A stretch of DNA of 63,812 bases, counting the filler, from Octopus bimaculoides (lineage: Eukaryota), in NCBI RefSeq assembly GCF_001194135.2. It is 8 parts of 8 records of this genome, joined end to end, with 100 filler letters (N's around TTAATTAATTAA, not from the genome) between each part and the next. Parts side by side here need not be neighbours in the genome. Positions count along the whole stretch, not along the records: positions 1 to 9,865 come from NC_068987.1; positions 9,966 to 13,939 come from NC_068982.1; 6 more parts are not named here. One strand, 5' to 3'. How positions within the stretch are numbered: the first letter of the stretch is position 1; every line of letters begins with the position of its first letter. Positions 1-11,914 of this stretch are shown piece by piece. The notes under the pieces are model-generated. The model did no database searches. It saw only the letters and a program-made list of their open reading frames with translations, and was not told the DNA's origin. The translations under genes were made by a program, and so were the position numbers.

Positions 1-47
<47 letters not shown>

Positions 48-84
48 ATATATATGTGCATATATATATGTATATATATATATA
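1..84. repeat. (TA)n/(TATG)n microsatellite
   Basis: Directly visible dinucleotide/tetranucleotide run. Confidence 0.95.
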
Positions 85-99
85 TTCACTTAGTTTTAC

Positions 100-560
100 A
101 TGTTTACACTTTTATCGCCTTCAAAGTATTCTCCATTCCAAGCAATGCATTGGTCCAGACGCGTTTTCCACTGTTCGAAGCAGTGCTGGAACTCTTGTGA
201 AGTGATGCCTTTTTTACGCTCTCATTACATCTTTCTTCACCCCTTCCACATCTGCAAATTCTGTAGCATCAGCTTTTGTCACCAGTGATGACCTTCGAAA
301 GAAGGTCTGGATCAATTTCCAACTTATCTTTCAGTTTACTACATGCATTTAGTTGTCACTGCTTTTGATCTTCCATGAGCAAGCAAAGTACAAATTTTGT
401 TGCAACTCTTTTCATTTGCAATTCTTCGCTCAAAATTAGTTGGCAGGAGCTCCAGGACACATCAGTCATATCAACAAGTTTGCGAATTGTTCGGTGATGG
501 TCTTCCAAGATCAGTTCATAACATTAAGATCAATGAAAGCAGGGATCTCCATCAAATCAC
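100..560 (-). mobile_element. Mariner-family transposon remnant (transposase C-terminus)
   Basis: Minus strand translates FADVEGVKKDVMRA*KGITSQEFQHCFEQWKTRLDQCIAWNGEYFEGDKSVN, the typical mariner C-terminal W..R...CI...GEYFE motif; in-frame stop; internally deleted. Confidence 0.8.
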
Positions 561-659
561 AACTATGTAGGATGTAAACAAATTTGTGCAGATAAAGCTG
601 GATATATGATTCCAGTACATAGAGAATTTAGTAGATTGTCAATATCAACAACAGGGTGT

Positions 660-1510
660 TTTTGTTTGTATGTATGTATGTATGTATTTATGTATTATGT
701 ATGTATTTATGTATATGTGCAGGTTTGTATTTTTTGTTTTATATATGCATTCTCATGCATATAGTTGCATATCTAGACATGCTCATAAATATTTAAATTA
801 TAAACTTCTGGAAAGTTTTACAGAATTAGCATTCTCCTTTCTGGTTTTGAGAAACCTAATTTCTCAGGATTGGTATTTAGGCAATGTGTTACATATCCCA
901 GGGCCCCAATAATTACAGGTATAAATCTGAACTTGTAGTTTGGATAGAGTAACTGCAGATTTCTCAATAGTTAAGCGTAGGTATTCTCTTTTTCACTGAT
1001 CTTCAGCTTTATGTTAACATCCACTGGGCAGCTAATTTCCATACCTGTGCACAGTTTCTCTTCTCTATCCCAAATCATTATACCAGGTCTGTTGTGCTTA
1101 CATTTTATTGAGGTCTTCACTTGGACATTCCACTACTACTCCTTTTTATCATGAGTGGCTATGGCTTCTACCATACTGTGGGTTCTTATTTCTTTGTGCT
1201 TGAGGTTATCCTTCCAACGGATTTCCTTATAGAGTGTCCTAGCTACAACATCATGCCTCATCGGTAGATAACACCATGATGAAATTTTCAGACAACTGCT
1301 TATGATGTGGGTGATATCTTCGGTGTTAACTCCACAAAGTCTGCATCGGTTGTCACATTTTACTGCTTTTCCTGCATCTCTATCCCTTTTGTGCATCAGG
1401 TATTTGGCTGATATTTCCTGTTCTTGGATTGCAAACGCATACCCTTCAAAGAGGAAGGTAGTAATCTGGCTATTGGTCCATGATAGATTTCTTTGATGAT
1501 CAATATTAAT
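660..1510 (-). mobile_element. 5'-truncated R4/Dong-clade non-LTR retrotransposon (CCHC + RLE end) with (CATA)n-like tail
   Basis: Minus frames give EGYAFAIQEQEISAKYLMHKR...CRLCGVNTEDITHIISSC...RHDVVARTLY and LQLLYPNYKFRFIPVIIGALGYV; about 110-nt 3'UTR shared with the copy at 12613-13208; degenerate (TATG)n at 665-715. Confidence 0.85.
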
Positions 1511-1619
1511 ATCATCTCGGAACTTTCTAATAATATAGGTATGTATATATATATAAATGTGTGTGTGTGTGTGTTTGTATTTATGTATGCATATATATGA
1601 GTGTGTGTGTATGTATGTG

Positions 1620-1659
<40 letters not shown>

Positions 1660-1665
<6 letters not shown>

Positions 1666-2852
1666 CATGCAGGAATGTAAATAGACAACTTTAATTTTCA
1701 AAATTTTTTATTTGATATGCAAAGCGAACAATTGAAATGTAATCGATAGGTAGGACTACATACTTTAGTATTTAGTTGACATTCCCTTTGCAGTTTTTAA
1801 TTCAGAAACTTTATTTTGGCATTGAACTGATGAGCTTTGTGATTGTCTCTTGTGGAATTTCTGCCCACTTTTCACGCAACAATCGAAACAACTCATCTTT
1901 AGATTTAGGTTTCTGTCAAGTTTTTCATATAGCTCTATCTAGTATGCTCCAAAGATTTTCAATTGGGTTCAATCCCATTTTCAGTCAGCCATAGTTGATT
2001 CCTTTTTGCTGTGTGGCATGGAGCTCCATCTTCCATGAATAAAATCTCATTTTTCGTTATGTTATCGTGTGAATACATCGGAACTAGTCCTTGCTTAAGT
2101 ATTTTGATGTATTTTTCAGAGTTTATGGTTCCAACACATTCGATCAGCTCAGAACGATCATTGTTGGTGACAGCTCCCCATACCATTACAGAGATACCGC
2201 CATGTTTCACAGTTGGTTGGAGTCATTTCAAATCAAATTCTTGATTGGGAAACCTCCAGACCCAAACACGTCCACTGTCTGAAAATAATGTAAATCTGGA
2301 TTCATCTGAGAAAATCACTCTATCCCAAAATGAACTGGATTTTTCTGACATCTCCTTAGCCCGTTTCTTTCTGCTCGTCCAAAATACCCAAGCTTATGCA
2401 GATATGTAACACANNNNNNNNNNNNNNNNNNNNNNNNNNNNNNNNNNNNNNNNNNNNNNNNNNNNNNNNNNNNNNNNNNNNNNNNNNNNNNNNNNNNNNN
2501 NNNNNNNNNNNNNNNNNNNNNNNNNNNNNNNNNNNNNNNNNNNNNNNNNNNNNNNNNNNNNNNNNNNNNNNNNNNNNNNNNNNNNNNNAGGAATTTGAAG
2601 ATTTTCAGCAATTTTTCGCTGGCTAAGATCAGCCTCAGATTTCCCAACAATACGACCTCTTTGAATATCAAACAGTTCCACTGAATTTTTTGTGCGTGGC
2701 ATGGTTAGTCTTCGCAAATGTTTAACATAATGGCACCTGGAAGGAAAAAGAATAATTACATCATAAATTGTACACCACTGAAAATATATTAAGACACTTA
2801 GATCAGAAATTTTGAAAATTAAAAGTGTCTATTTACTTCCTGCATGTCTGTG
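1660..2852 (-). mobile_element. Degenerate Tc1 element with ~41-bp TIRs
   Basis: Left ACATGCAGGAATGTAAATAGACAACTTTAATTTTCAAAATTT matches the reverse complement of 2811-2852; ORF pieces [32 protein letters not shown]...EDGAPCH, AKGMSTKY*; internal N gap. Confidence 0.9.
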
Positions 2853-2948
2853 TTTATATGTAGTTGAAATTTACAGAAAAACAAAAGACGAAGACAGGTG
2901 TATAAACAAGCAGGTGCATTGGTTTGAGGCTCGGGAAGGTGAGAAAGT

Positions 2949-2984
2949 CTTTTACGTTTCGAGCCTACGCTCTTCAACGGAAAG
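2949..2984 (-). ncRNA. Degenerate minimal hammerhead-like motif in a short interspersed (Penelope-tail-like) repeat
   Basis: Minus: CTTT-CCGTTGA-A-GAGC gtag GCTC-GAAACGTA-AAAG; stem I CTTT/AAAG, perfect 4-bp stem II, palindromic ACGT stem III; core differs from CTGANGA at 2 positions. Confidence 0.4.
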
Positions 2985-3125
2985 GAACACGAGGGAATAA
3001 ACAGAGAGGGAATATATATATACATATATACACATCACTAAAGTGAGCAAAGGCACTAATCAGCACCAGTATTGCTAGAAATAAGAATCAAAACAACTCA
3101 ATAGCTAACAAAGGCACTATTTTAA

Positions 3126-3954
3126 CCCTTTGAGTCCGTAACACCGGTTTACTGGTGGATAGCTTATTTTTATCAATACTGTAGCACCGTTCTACCGGTG
3201 GAGTGCATCTGCACTAAAGTATGATGATCTATTATTATCCACTCAGAATGCTCATTCCCCCAAAGACTATAGATAACATGTCCACTGCCTTTCTGAGTTG
3301 AATGTGACCTGTTTTGATGTTGAGGTGATCGCTCAATTAGACGAATTGGATGAGTTAGAGGCCGAAAAGGATGAAGAAGTGATCTTGATTCAGATTCTGA
3401 CAGTAACATTGAGTCGGACTCTAGCATGAGTAATGAAGAGTCAAATTCTAGAGTGAGAGGGGATTAGTACAGTGTGGAACTTGTCAGTGAGTTTCGCACA
3501 AAAGCTGTTTGCAGAGCTCGTGATCGCGAAGTCCCTGTTTGTCTCCAAAACGTAGGCCGCCACCATCCACACATTCCAGAGGATGGGTCTACAAACACAC
3601 TGTGTGTTGTATGTTCCAAGAAGCACAACAAATTCAAGTCAGAAAACCCCAGTGTTCCTTACAAGGATTATCCAGTCAAAGCAGTCAAATCAGCCGTCTG
3701 TTGCCAAGAATGCAAGGTTCATCTCTGTGTCAAAAGAGGATCAACATGCTGGACCGATTGGCAGACCAAGGTGGAATATTGGCACTAGGAGCCAGCTAGG
3801 CATCTCTGTTGTATGTTTGTGTCGTCAGATTGTTATTGACATTGATATTTTTGTTTTGAAAGCTGTAATTGATACTAACCCAATTTTCAGTTTATTTTGC
3901 TCAGGAAGCCAGGTATATGGTCAAATAAGGTTCAGGAGGTCAGAGCTCAAAGGG
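3126..3954 (+). mobile_element. Non-autonomous piggyBac deletion derivative
   Basis: TTAA(3122-25)-CCCTTTGAG...CTCAAAGGG-TTAA(3955-58); encodes an acidic N-terminal remnant (DSDSNIESDSSMSNEES) and the C-terminal Cys-rich domain CVVC...CCQECKVHLCVKRGSTCWTDW..KVEYWH. Confidence 0.9.
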
Positions 3955-5136
3955 TTAATGAAATAAGAAGAGTTGCCATCAATAACTAGATAAATAAATG
4001 AAGATACAATAAATAAAAAGCACACAATTAAAAAGTATAAGACGTTTCGCTCTTAAGCTTAACTAGAGCATGTTGATAGTAGTCGTATCTAAAATACATA
4101 TGTACATACGCACATACACATCCATTTATGCATGCATGTGCGCCATTTCACATATATACACAGACTCATCAATATATATATATATATATATATANNNNNN
4201 NNNNNNNNNNNNNNNNNNNNNNNNNNNNNNNNNNNNNNNNNNNNNNNNNNNNNNNNNNNNNNNNNNNNNNNNNNNNNNNNNNNNNNNNNNNNNNNNNNNN
4301 NNNNNNNNNNNNNNNNNNNNNNNNNNNNNNNNNNNNNNNNNNNNNNNNNNNNNNNNNNNNNNNNNNNNNNNNNNNNNNNNNNNNNNNNNNNNNNNNNNNN
4401 NNNNNNNNNNNNNNNNNNNNNNNNNNNNNNNNNNNNNNNNNNNNNNNNNNNNNNNNNNNNNNNNNNNNNNNNNNNNNNNNNNNNNNNNNNNNNNNNNNNN
4501 NNNNNNNNNNNNNNNNNNNNNNNNNNNNNNNNNNNNNNNNNNNNNNNNNNNNNNNNNNNNNNNNNNNNNNNNNNNNNNNNNNNNNNNNNNNNNNNNNNNN
4601 NNNNNNNNNNNNNNNNNNNNNNNNNNNNNNNNNNNNNNNNNNNNNNNNNNNNNNNNNNNNNNNNNNNNNNNNNNNNNNNNNNNNNNNNNNNNNNNNNNNN
4701 NNNNNNNNNNNNNNNNNNNNNNNNNNNNNNNNNNNNNNNNNNNNNNNNNNNNNNNNNNNNNNNNNNNNNNNNNNNNNNNNNNNNNNNNNNNNNNNNNNNN
4801 NNNNNNNNNNNNNNNNNNNNNNNNNNNNNNNNNNNNNNNNNNNNNNNNNNNNNNNNNNNNNNNNNNNNNNNNNNNNNNNNNNNNNNNNNNNNNNNNNNNN
4901 NNNNNNNNNNNNNNNNNNNNNNNNNNNNNNNNNNNNNNNNNNNNNNNNNNNNNNNNNNNNNNNNNNNNNNNNNNNNNNNNNNNNNNNNNNNNNNNNNNNN
5001 NNNNNNNNNNNNNNNNNNNNNNNNNNNNNNNNNNNNNNNNNNNNNNNNNNNNNNNNNNNNNNNNNNNNNNNNNNNNNNNNNNNNNNNNNNNNNNNNNNNN
5101 NNNNNNNNNNNNNNNNNNNNNNNNNNNNNNNNNNNN

Positions 5137-5197
<61 letters not shown>

Positions 5198-5399
5198 CAA
5201 CAAGCATGTAGATACATATACGTCCACATTTACATACATATTGTTTCATACGTGCAATCACACATACAGATACACATACACATATGCACACACATGGGCA
5301 AATATACTCACTCATATCCGTTCGTGCGTTCATCACTTTTCTCATACCTTTCTACATACTTTAGTAACATCTTTCTGCCAATGAATTAAACACCTTCAA

Positions 5400-5900
5400 A
5401 TAATTGCCATTCCTTTTCTATCTCGAATTCCAATAATTCTATAGTTATTATCCCTAAACTTTAACAAACCCAACACAACTGACAACCATTCAAATACTAT
5501 CTACCCTCCCCTCCTATTCCCCTCCCAACTCTCTACCTCTACTACCACCTCCCTTAGTACCCTCATTATTAACCCATCACTCTTCTTGAACTATCTTTTC
5601 GCCTCTACCATTCCCTGTCTTAATACCCCCCATAACCCCACCGACCTTCCCATTTACCCCTTCTAATGCAGCTAGCTCTCCACATTTAATCATTCCATCT
5701 TTGAACTTCTCTACATTAAGATCTGAAATGTAAGATCTTCTCTAACCTGATGATGGAGGCTCGTCTCAGCCAATAATGATTGTATCCATTATGGCCTCAT
5801 ATTGAGATGAATCACATCTGCCAACATTATCATGAATTTCAGAGCTCCCAGAAGCAGCAGTTGGATTTATAATCCCTTTCTTCCACACCTTTAATTTTTT
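5400..5900 (+). mobile_element. Probable Penelope-like 3' remnant with decayed long-stem-II hammerhead (5743-5867)
   Basis: C-rich tract, then CTGATGA(5747-53), a long imperfect hairpin, GAGCTCCCA and GAAGCAGCAGTT (resembling GAAACAGCTGTA). Confidence 0.35.
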
Positions 5901-6098
5901 CTGTCATTTGTACTCTGTGTAAATTGGACCTATTAATATAAATATCTATATACTTGTACTTAAAAATTCATCATCTAAAAGTTTCCACCTTTTGATTTCT
6001 CTCGGTTTGCATGTATACATATATATATGTTTTGTATTTTATACCCAAACTATTATATTTAATATAATTAATGTACCCAATTTGCTTATCTGCATAAT

Positions 6099-6100
<2 letters not shown>

Positions 6101-6185
<85 letters not shown>
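6101..6185. repeat. (CT)n microsatellite
   Basis: About 42 perfect units. Confidence 0.97.
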
Positions 6186-6187
<2 letters not shown>

Positions 6188-6360
6188 GGCTTATTTGTCC
6201 TTGTAAGTCAGGTCTAAGCAAATTAAGTAAGATAATTTTAGATAAATACAGCAATAGATTTAATGATATTAATTATGTTACATTATGGAATAGTACTATT
6301 GATACTTTAAAATGGTTTAATAATATTAAGGATAAAAATAGATTTATGTAATTTTCACTT
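6186..6360 (+). mobile_element. Penelope-like reverse transcriptase fragment
   Basis: RLICPCKSGLSKLSKIILDK...LWNSTIDTLKWFNNIKDK resembles the PLE RT motif RLINP.KSE.GK.SK.ILD...W.NT..V..WF..I. Confidence 0.65.
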
Positions 6361-6615
6361 TCTTGCCCGCATACGGTTTGGTATTTCGCTGAATTTCTTT
6401 TAAGAACCATTAGGTCTTAGTAGACACAACATGTGATCTTCTTCTAGCAGATTAAATGTCCACTTTAGTGGTCATCGTTATATATAAACATATACTTTAA
6501 TCCGCTAAGATCTCAGATATTTTTTTCTGAATCTCTTTGATTCTTTAAATGTGCTAGCTTCCTGGTAATAAATCAATATTAATATCTGATTTTTTACCCT
6601 ATGTTTTAATTTGTT

Positions 6616-6677
<62 letters not shown>

Positions 6678-6682
<5 letters not shown>

Positions 6683-6985
6683 GGTATGATGGATAAATTA
6701 TCGCCATTTTATAGTTTTCATTTCATGTATAAACATTGTTTGTTTTTGATTTTGTCGACTACACAGTATAGTAGGGTCAGCTGGACACTGCCTGTGAAAA
6801 AAAATAGCACCATGACTCTGCCAGAAATTTGGAAATGATATGCTATACTGCTTGCCATTCGCGTCGGAAACTCCAAAACAAACATTTCAGACTGTTTGGG
6901 CATCAATCTGAGGACATGTAGCATGAGTGGTAAAAATCAAACATCCAGTCAACATCATGATGTGGTACTACTAAAGAAGAGTGGT
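6678..6985 (+). mobile_element. Tc1/mariner-superfamily fragment (5' end, internally deleted)
   Basis: HTH-like AILLAIRVGNSKTNISDCLGINLRT followed by KHPVNIMM (variant of the H P..VMVWG motif); begins at the end of a (CA)n run. Confidence 0.5.
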
Positions 6986-7284
6986 CCCCAACGCGCACCC
7001 ACGCAGTCGTGCGTCCGCACTAGCTAGTCGTGAGTAGTCAATCCTACAACAAGTGTGCGCGTGTGTGCGTGCGCGCGAGTGCATGTGTGCAAGTGCGCTT
7101 ATGCAAATGAATACATGTGCGCGCGTATGCAAATTAGTACGTGCGCGCTCTTTTATGGCTGAAATGGCTGAATATATATCAAAAATACCTTTTTTTTTGT
7201 AAACAAATACAACAATTAAACAATAATTTTTTTTTTAAACAAAGTAAATAATTTTTTTAAATTTAAATTTTTTTTCTAAACAAC

Positions 7285-7317
<33 letters not shown>

Positions 7318-7761
7318 NNNNNNNNNNNNNNNNNNNNNNNNNNNNNNNNNNNNNNNNNNNNNNNNNNNNNNNNNNNNNNNNNNNNNNNNNNNNNNNNNNN
7401 NNNNNNNNNNNNNNNNNTCAAAAGATGAAATTTTCTCTATATATAAGATACATCAGTATATTTTAGCCATAGGAAAATAGGGAAAATAATAATGAGACAA
7501 AAGAGAGGTTACTAAAATATAGTCTGTGCACAAAATCATGTACTAAAAATATATAGATATATAAATACATTTTAAAATATATCAGAAATGCATTGATATA
7601 TTTTTAATGTATTTTTCATATATTTTTAAGTGCATTTATATATCTATATATTTTTAGTACATGAATTTGTGCACAAAATATATTTTAGTAACCTATCTTT
7701 GTCTCTCATCATTATTTTTCCTATGCACATACGTACATACATATGTGTGTATATATATGTA

Positions 7762-7844
7762 TGCATGCATGCATAGACAGACAGACAGGCAGGCAGGCAG
7801 GCAGGCAGGTAGGCAGGCAGGCAGGCAGGCAGGCAGACAGACAT

Positions 7845-7885
<41 letters not shown>

Positions 7886-7900
7886 TAGATAGATAGATAG
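7762..7900. repeat. Compound (CAGA)/(CAGG)/(TAGA) tetranucleotide microsatellite
   Basis: Directly visible. Confidence 0.95.
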
Positions 7901-7964
7901 ATCAAACCAGTTTGATTCAGATTCCTTGGTACTCTGAGTTTCAAGTGTGTGGTTAGTCTTCGGC

Positions 7965-8215
7965 CAATGGCCGAAGACATGCATAGGTCATGCACAAGCT
8001 TGAAAGAAATGAAGCCAGTATGCTTCCCTGGATGTGGAATGTCAGTTCAACAGATTGTAAGCATCTTGAGAGAAAAGTTAGGCATACGAGGCGTCAGATG
8101 TGGTGTGCAAGAGAGACAACAGTGCTGGTATGGTCATGTGATGCATATGGACAAGGACAGCTGTGTAAAGAAGTGCCAATCTCTAACTCTGGAGGGAACC
8201 TGTGGTAGAAGTAGC
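7965..8215 (+). mobile_element. RTE-clade LINE 3' ORF fragment
   Basis: LERNEASMLPWMWNV / LREKLGIRGVRCGVQERQQCWYGHVMHMDKDSCVKKC...EGTCGR; matches the copy at 44358. Confidence 0.8.
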
Positions 8216-8314
8216 AAAATCATAGTCGTAGTAACTGACACCCCTGCTGTGACCTGGGCACCAACATGAATAATGATGCATCTTTCCAGGTGCACATTGC
8301 CAAGTTAGCAATAA

Positions 8315-8550
8315 AATGCAGACGCTTGGCCAGATCAATCTTCCAAACTTTCTAAAGAGTAAAGAAAACCACGATGGTCCTCTGGAGGACTTTCATTCTC
8401 ATCCATCTGGATTACTGCTCCCAACTGTGGTCACCAAACAGTGTAAAGTTAACAATGGAACTCGAGGTGATCCAGCAAAGCTACACAAAGAAGATTGATA
8501 CAATGTGACATACCAGCTACTGGGAGAAACTGAAAGGGTTAAGACTCTAC
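8315..8550 (+). mobile_element. CR1-like LINE fragment
   Basis: MMVLWRTFILIHLDYCSQLWSP...SYWEKLKGLRLY, homologous to 11220-11420. Confidence 0.75.
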
Positions 8551-8706
8551 TTTGTTTTAAGGTATATTTCCTAAAAATTACCATCTGATGTTATGGTTTA
8601 TTACCTGGCTACTTAGAGTGTAAAATCACAATACTGATAATAAGGAAAATGAAGAATTTGAACATTCAGACTTTTTACTTGGTTTATTCCCTTATCGGTA
8701 TATGTA

Positions 8707-9824
8707 CACTTACATGACAGAAGTAAATAGACACCCATAAAACATAGTTTATGTTTATTCTAACTTGTAAAGGTTTATATTTTTGATTAGTTGACATTTT
8801 TATGTTTTAGGCTTTATATTTGACTGTTTAATCATGCCATGTACAAAAGAAGCCTTGGAACTGTCTGAATTTCAAAGAGGCTGTATTGTGGGTCATTCCG
8901 AAAGTAGATATAGCGTAAAATCACAGAAAAACTTAGGATCCTGCTTTCTACCGGTAATAGAGTGATTGTGCAATTCACCAGAGAGAGGAAGGAGTCCACA
9001 TCACCTTGCCAAGATCAACCAGGGTCCTCTGACAGGACCCTTTTCTTTGTTAAGAGAAATGTGGAGGATAATCCTTGTTGCAAGGCCTCTGATATAGCAG
9101 AACAAGTTGATGTCAGTCCCAGAACAGCTGTCAGTTATCTCCACAAACTTGTTTACTATGGCAGAGCAGCAAGAAGGAAGCCACTTCTTCGACCAGCCAA
9201 CATCAAGCATTTTGGGACACTGTCATATTTTCTGATGTTTCCAGATTTGCTGTATTTCCTGACAGTAGTCGAGTGTGTGTCTGGAGACTCTGTGATCAAG
9301 AATTTGATGTGAAAAGATTGCAGCCAACAATGAAACACCATGTCTATTGTGATGGTCTGGGGAGCAATTTGGCGCAATAGTTGATCAGAGCTGGTTGAGT
9401 GTAAGGGAAACATAAACTCAGATAAATATGTGTCCATATTGCAGAAAGGATTCCTTCCAATCTTCTCCAGTGGTGAAATGATTAAAGAAGATTTATGGAA
9501 GATGAGGCTCCTTGTCACACAGCTAAAATGATCCAAGATTTGTTAGATGAGAACGGCATTACAAAGCTTCCATGGCCAAGTCAGTCACCAGATGTGAACC
9601 CTATTGAACACCTCTGGGACATAATGGACTGGACACTTCATAAAAAGAACAAGAAAGCATTTTCAAAGCCAGGTCTTTTGAGATTACTGCATGAAACTTG
9701 GCAAGAGATTCTGCAAGAAAATATTTGTCATCTGATCAGTAACATGCTTAATAGGGTCTTTACATTGAAAAATGCAAAGGGTATGTCTACTAAATATTCA
9801 GATTATAACAACTTCTGTCATGTC

Positions 9825-9828
<4 letters not shown>
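8707..9828 (+). mobile_element. Degenerate Tc1 (DD34E) element with TIRs
   Basis: ACATGACAGAAGT at 8712-8724, inverted at 9811-9823; ORF pieces ...GRAARRKPLL and EDEAPCH-(34 aa)-SPDVNPIEHLW, ending AKGMSTKY; frameshifted. Confidence 0.9.
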
Positions 9829-9865
<37 letters not shown>

Positions 9866-9909
9866 NNNNNNNNNNNNNNNNNNNNNNNNNNNNNNNNNNN
9901 NNNNNNNNN

Positions 9910-9921
9910 TTAATTAATTAA
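9910..9921. other. Artificial scaffolding spacer TTAATTAATTAA in N44/N44
   Basis: Identical 12-mer flanked by exactly 44 N on each side; recurs at 13984, 24439, 43027, 47230, 52269 and 61598. Confidence 0.95.
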
Positions 9922-10057
9922 NNNNNNNNNNNNNNNNNNNNNNNNNNNNNNNNNNNNNNNNNNNNTATATATTTATATATATATTCACATATACATATGT
10001 ATATATATATATCTATATCTATATTCATATATACATATGTATGTATATATGTATTTG

Positions 10058-10255
10058 TGCGTCTGTGTTTGTCCCCCTACAAATCGCTTGACAATCGATG
10101 TTGGTGTGTTTACGTCCCTGTAAATTAATGGTTCGGCAAAAAGAAACCGATAGAATAGGTAACTAGGCTTACAAAGAATAAGTCCTGGGGTAGATTTGTT
10201 CGACTAAAGACCGTGCTCCAGCATGGCCGCAGTCAAATGACTGAAATAAGTGAAT
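10058..10255 (+). mobile_element. SINE family A, 3' half
   Basis: GTGTTTGTCCCC...GTGCTCCAGCATGGCCGCAGTCAAATGACTGAAA, as in the full copy at 39315-39744. Confidence 0.85.
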
Positions 10256-10499
10256 TAATATATTAAAAAAGAAAGATAGAAAATTTTTTTTATTACAATT
10301 TCTGTTGTGATGCGTGTAGTTCTTTTTTTTTAAAATTTCAGTCTCAGTGCACTGGTCTCTACACCTTTCACACCTTGGAATTAATATAAACAGCTAGGCG
10401 CAATATAATACTATAAAGGAAAAAAAATTTATTGATACTAAATGTGACTGAGGGTGCCGAACTGTGATCTGTGATCTGTTTTAGTTTCCGTGTGTAGTT

Positions 10500-11841
10500 C
10501 TGTGTGTACACATATTTCTCTGACCTCACACATCAGCAAAGTTATGGAACGAATAGTCTGCAAAAAACTAATCGCGTTCCTTGAAGAAAATGACTTGCTG
10601 ACTGACACCCAACATGGATTTCGTCCCGGTAGAAGCTGTCTAACACAACTCCTGCAGCACAACGACTGGATGTTAAAACAGCTGCTAAATGACTCAAACG
10701 TGGATGTAATATATCTCGACTTTGCAAAAGCCTTTGACAAAGTCGACCATGGTATGATATGTTACAAACTGCGTGATCTCGGCATAGGCGGGGAAACTTG
10801 GAGAGTGGCTACACGACTTTCTAAAAGATAGACGTCAGGCAGTGGTGGCCAGTGGAGCCACCTCCAGGAAACACAAATAGCAAGTGGTGTTCCACAGAGC
10901 ACTGTCTTAGGACCATTGTTATTCATAGTGGCCCTCTCAGATATGCCCCCAGCTGCTCAGATAGCCAACCTTGCAAGCTATGAAGATGATACAAAAGTCT
11001 CTCAGACAATACAAAATCCTGGAAATATTGCATATCTGCAACGGGAGTTGGACACAATATACAGGTGGGCTGAGGACAACAACACACAAAGCTAAAAGAC
11101 ATGCAAGCAGGATACACTGGCCCAGGAAGAATTGAAATCCCTGAATCAAAATCCAGGTGCATATTACCAATTTGGTTATAAAATGCTGGCTGTATGGAAC
11201 TTCCGAAAGTTCAAAACAAGAGAAAAAGACACATTGATGATTCTTTGGAGGACATATGTCCTCAGCCGCTTGGACTACTGCTCACAATTATGGTTTCGAT
11301 ACAATATAATATCTACAGTGGAACTCGAAAGCAATCCAATGAAGCTACACTAAGAAAATCGTCACGATGCAGCGTATCAGCTACTGGGAAAGATTGAAAA
11401 AATTAAAAATCTTCTCCATAGAACGAAAACGGGAAAGATATGTAGTGATATACATCTGGAAAATACTAGAAGACTTTGTACCAAACTTTGGCATTGAAAG
11501 TTACTCAAACTGCCACTGCATATTGCCAAAGATCATCGTCATCAAAATACAGGACCAGATAGTGCAACAGTTTGGGCTTCAAAGGCCCACAACTCTTTAA
11601 TATCCTCCCAAAATGCCTGAGAGGCCTGCATGGTGTGGATGTAAGTGTCTTTAAAACAAAACTGGATCACTTCCTGTTATGGGTTCCAGACGAGCCTACC
11701 TCACGGCAGGAAACACAGATGAGGGCAGCGGCATCAAACTCCCTCATTGACCAAATGCCACATATGAGAGGAGGTTTCAAATAATGATGTAGCTTAGTCA
11801 ATGGTGATGCCCCAGCATGACCGCAGCTTTGAAGCTGAAAC
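10500..11841 (+). mobile_element. 5'-truncated CR1-clade LINE (RT domain to 3' end)
   Basis: ISLTSHISKVMERIV...QHGFRPGRSCLTQLL...VDVIYLDFAKAFDKVDHG; VPQSTVLGPLLF; multiple frameshifts; ends in the CCAGCATGACCGCAGC..GCTGAAAC stem-loop. Confidence 0.9.
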
Positions 11842-11880
11842 ATTTTTAAAGATTTAAAAATTTATATATACATACATACA

Positions 11881-11914
<34 letters not shown>

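Noticed and set aside
4035-4075. Minus-strand GCTCT..AGAGC-GAAACGTC half hammerhead
   Set aside because: No CTGANGA core or stem I partner upstream; counted only as a remnant.
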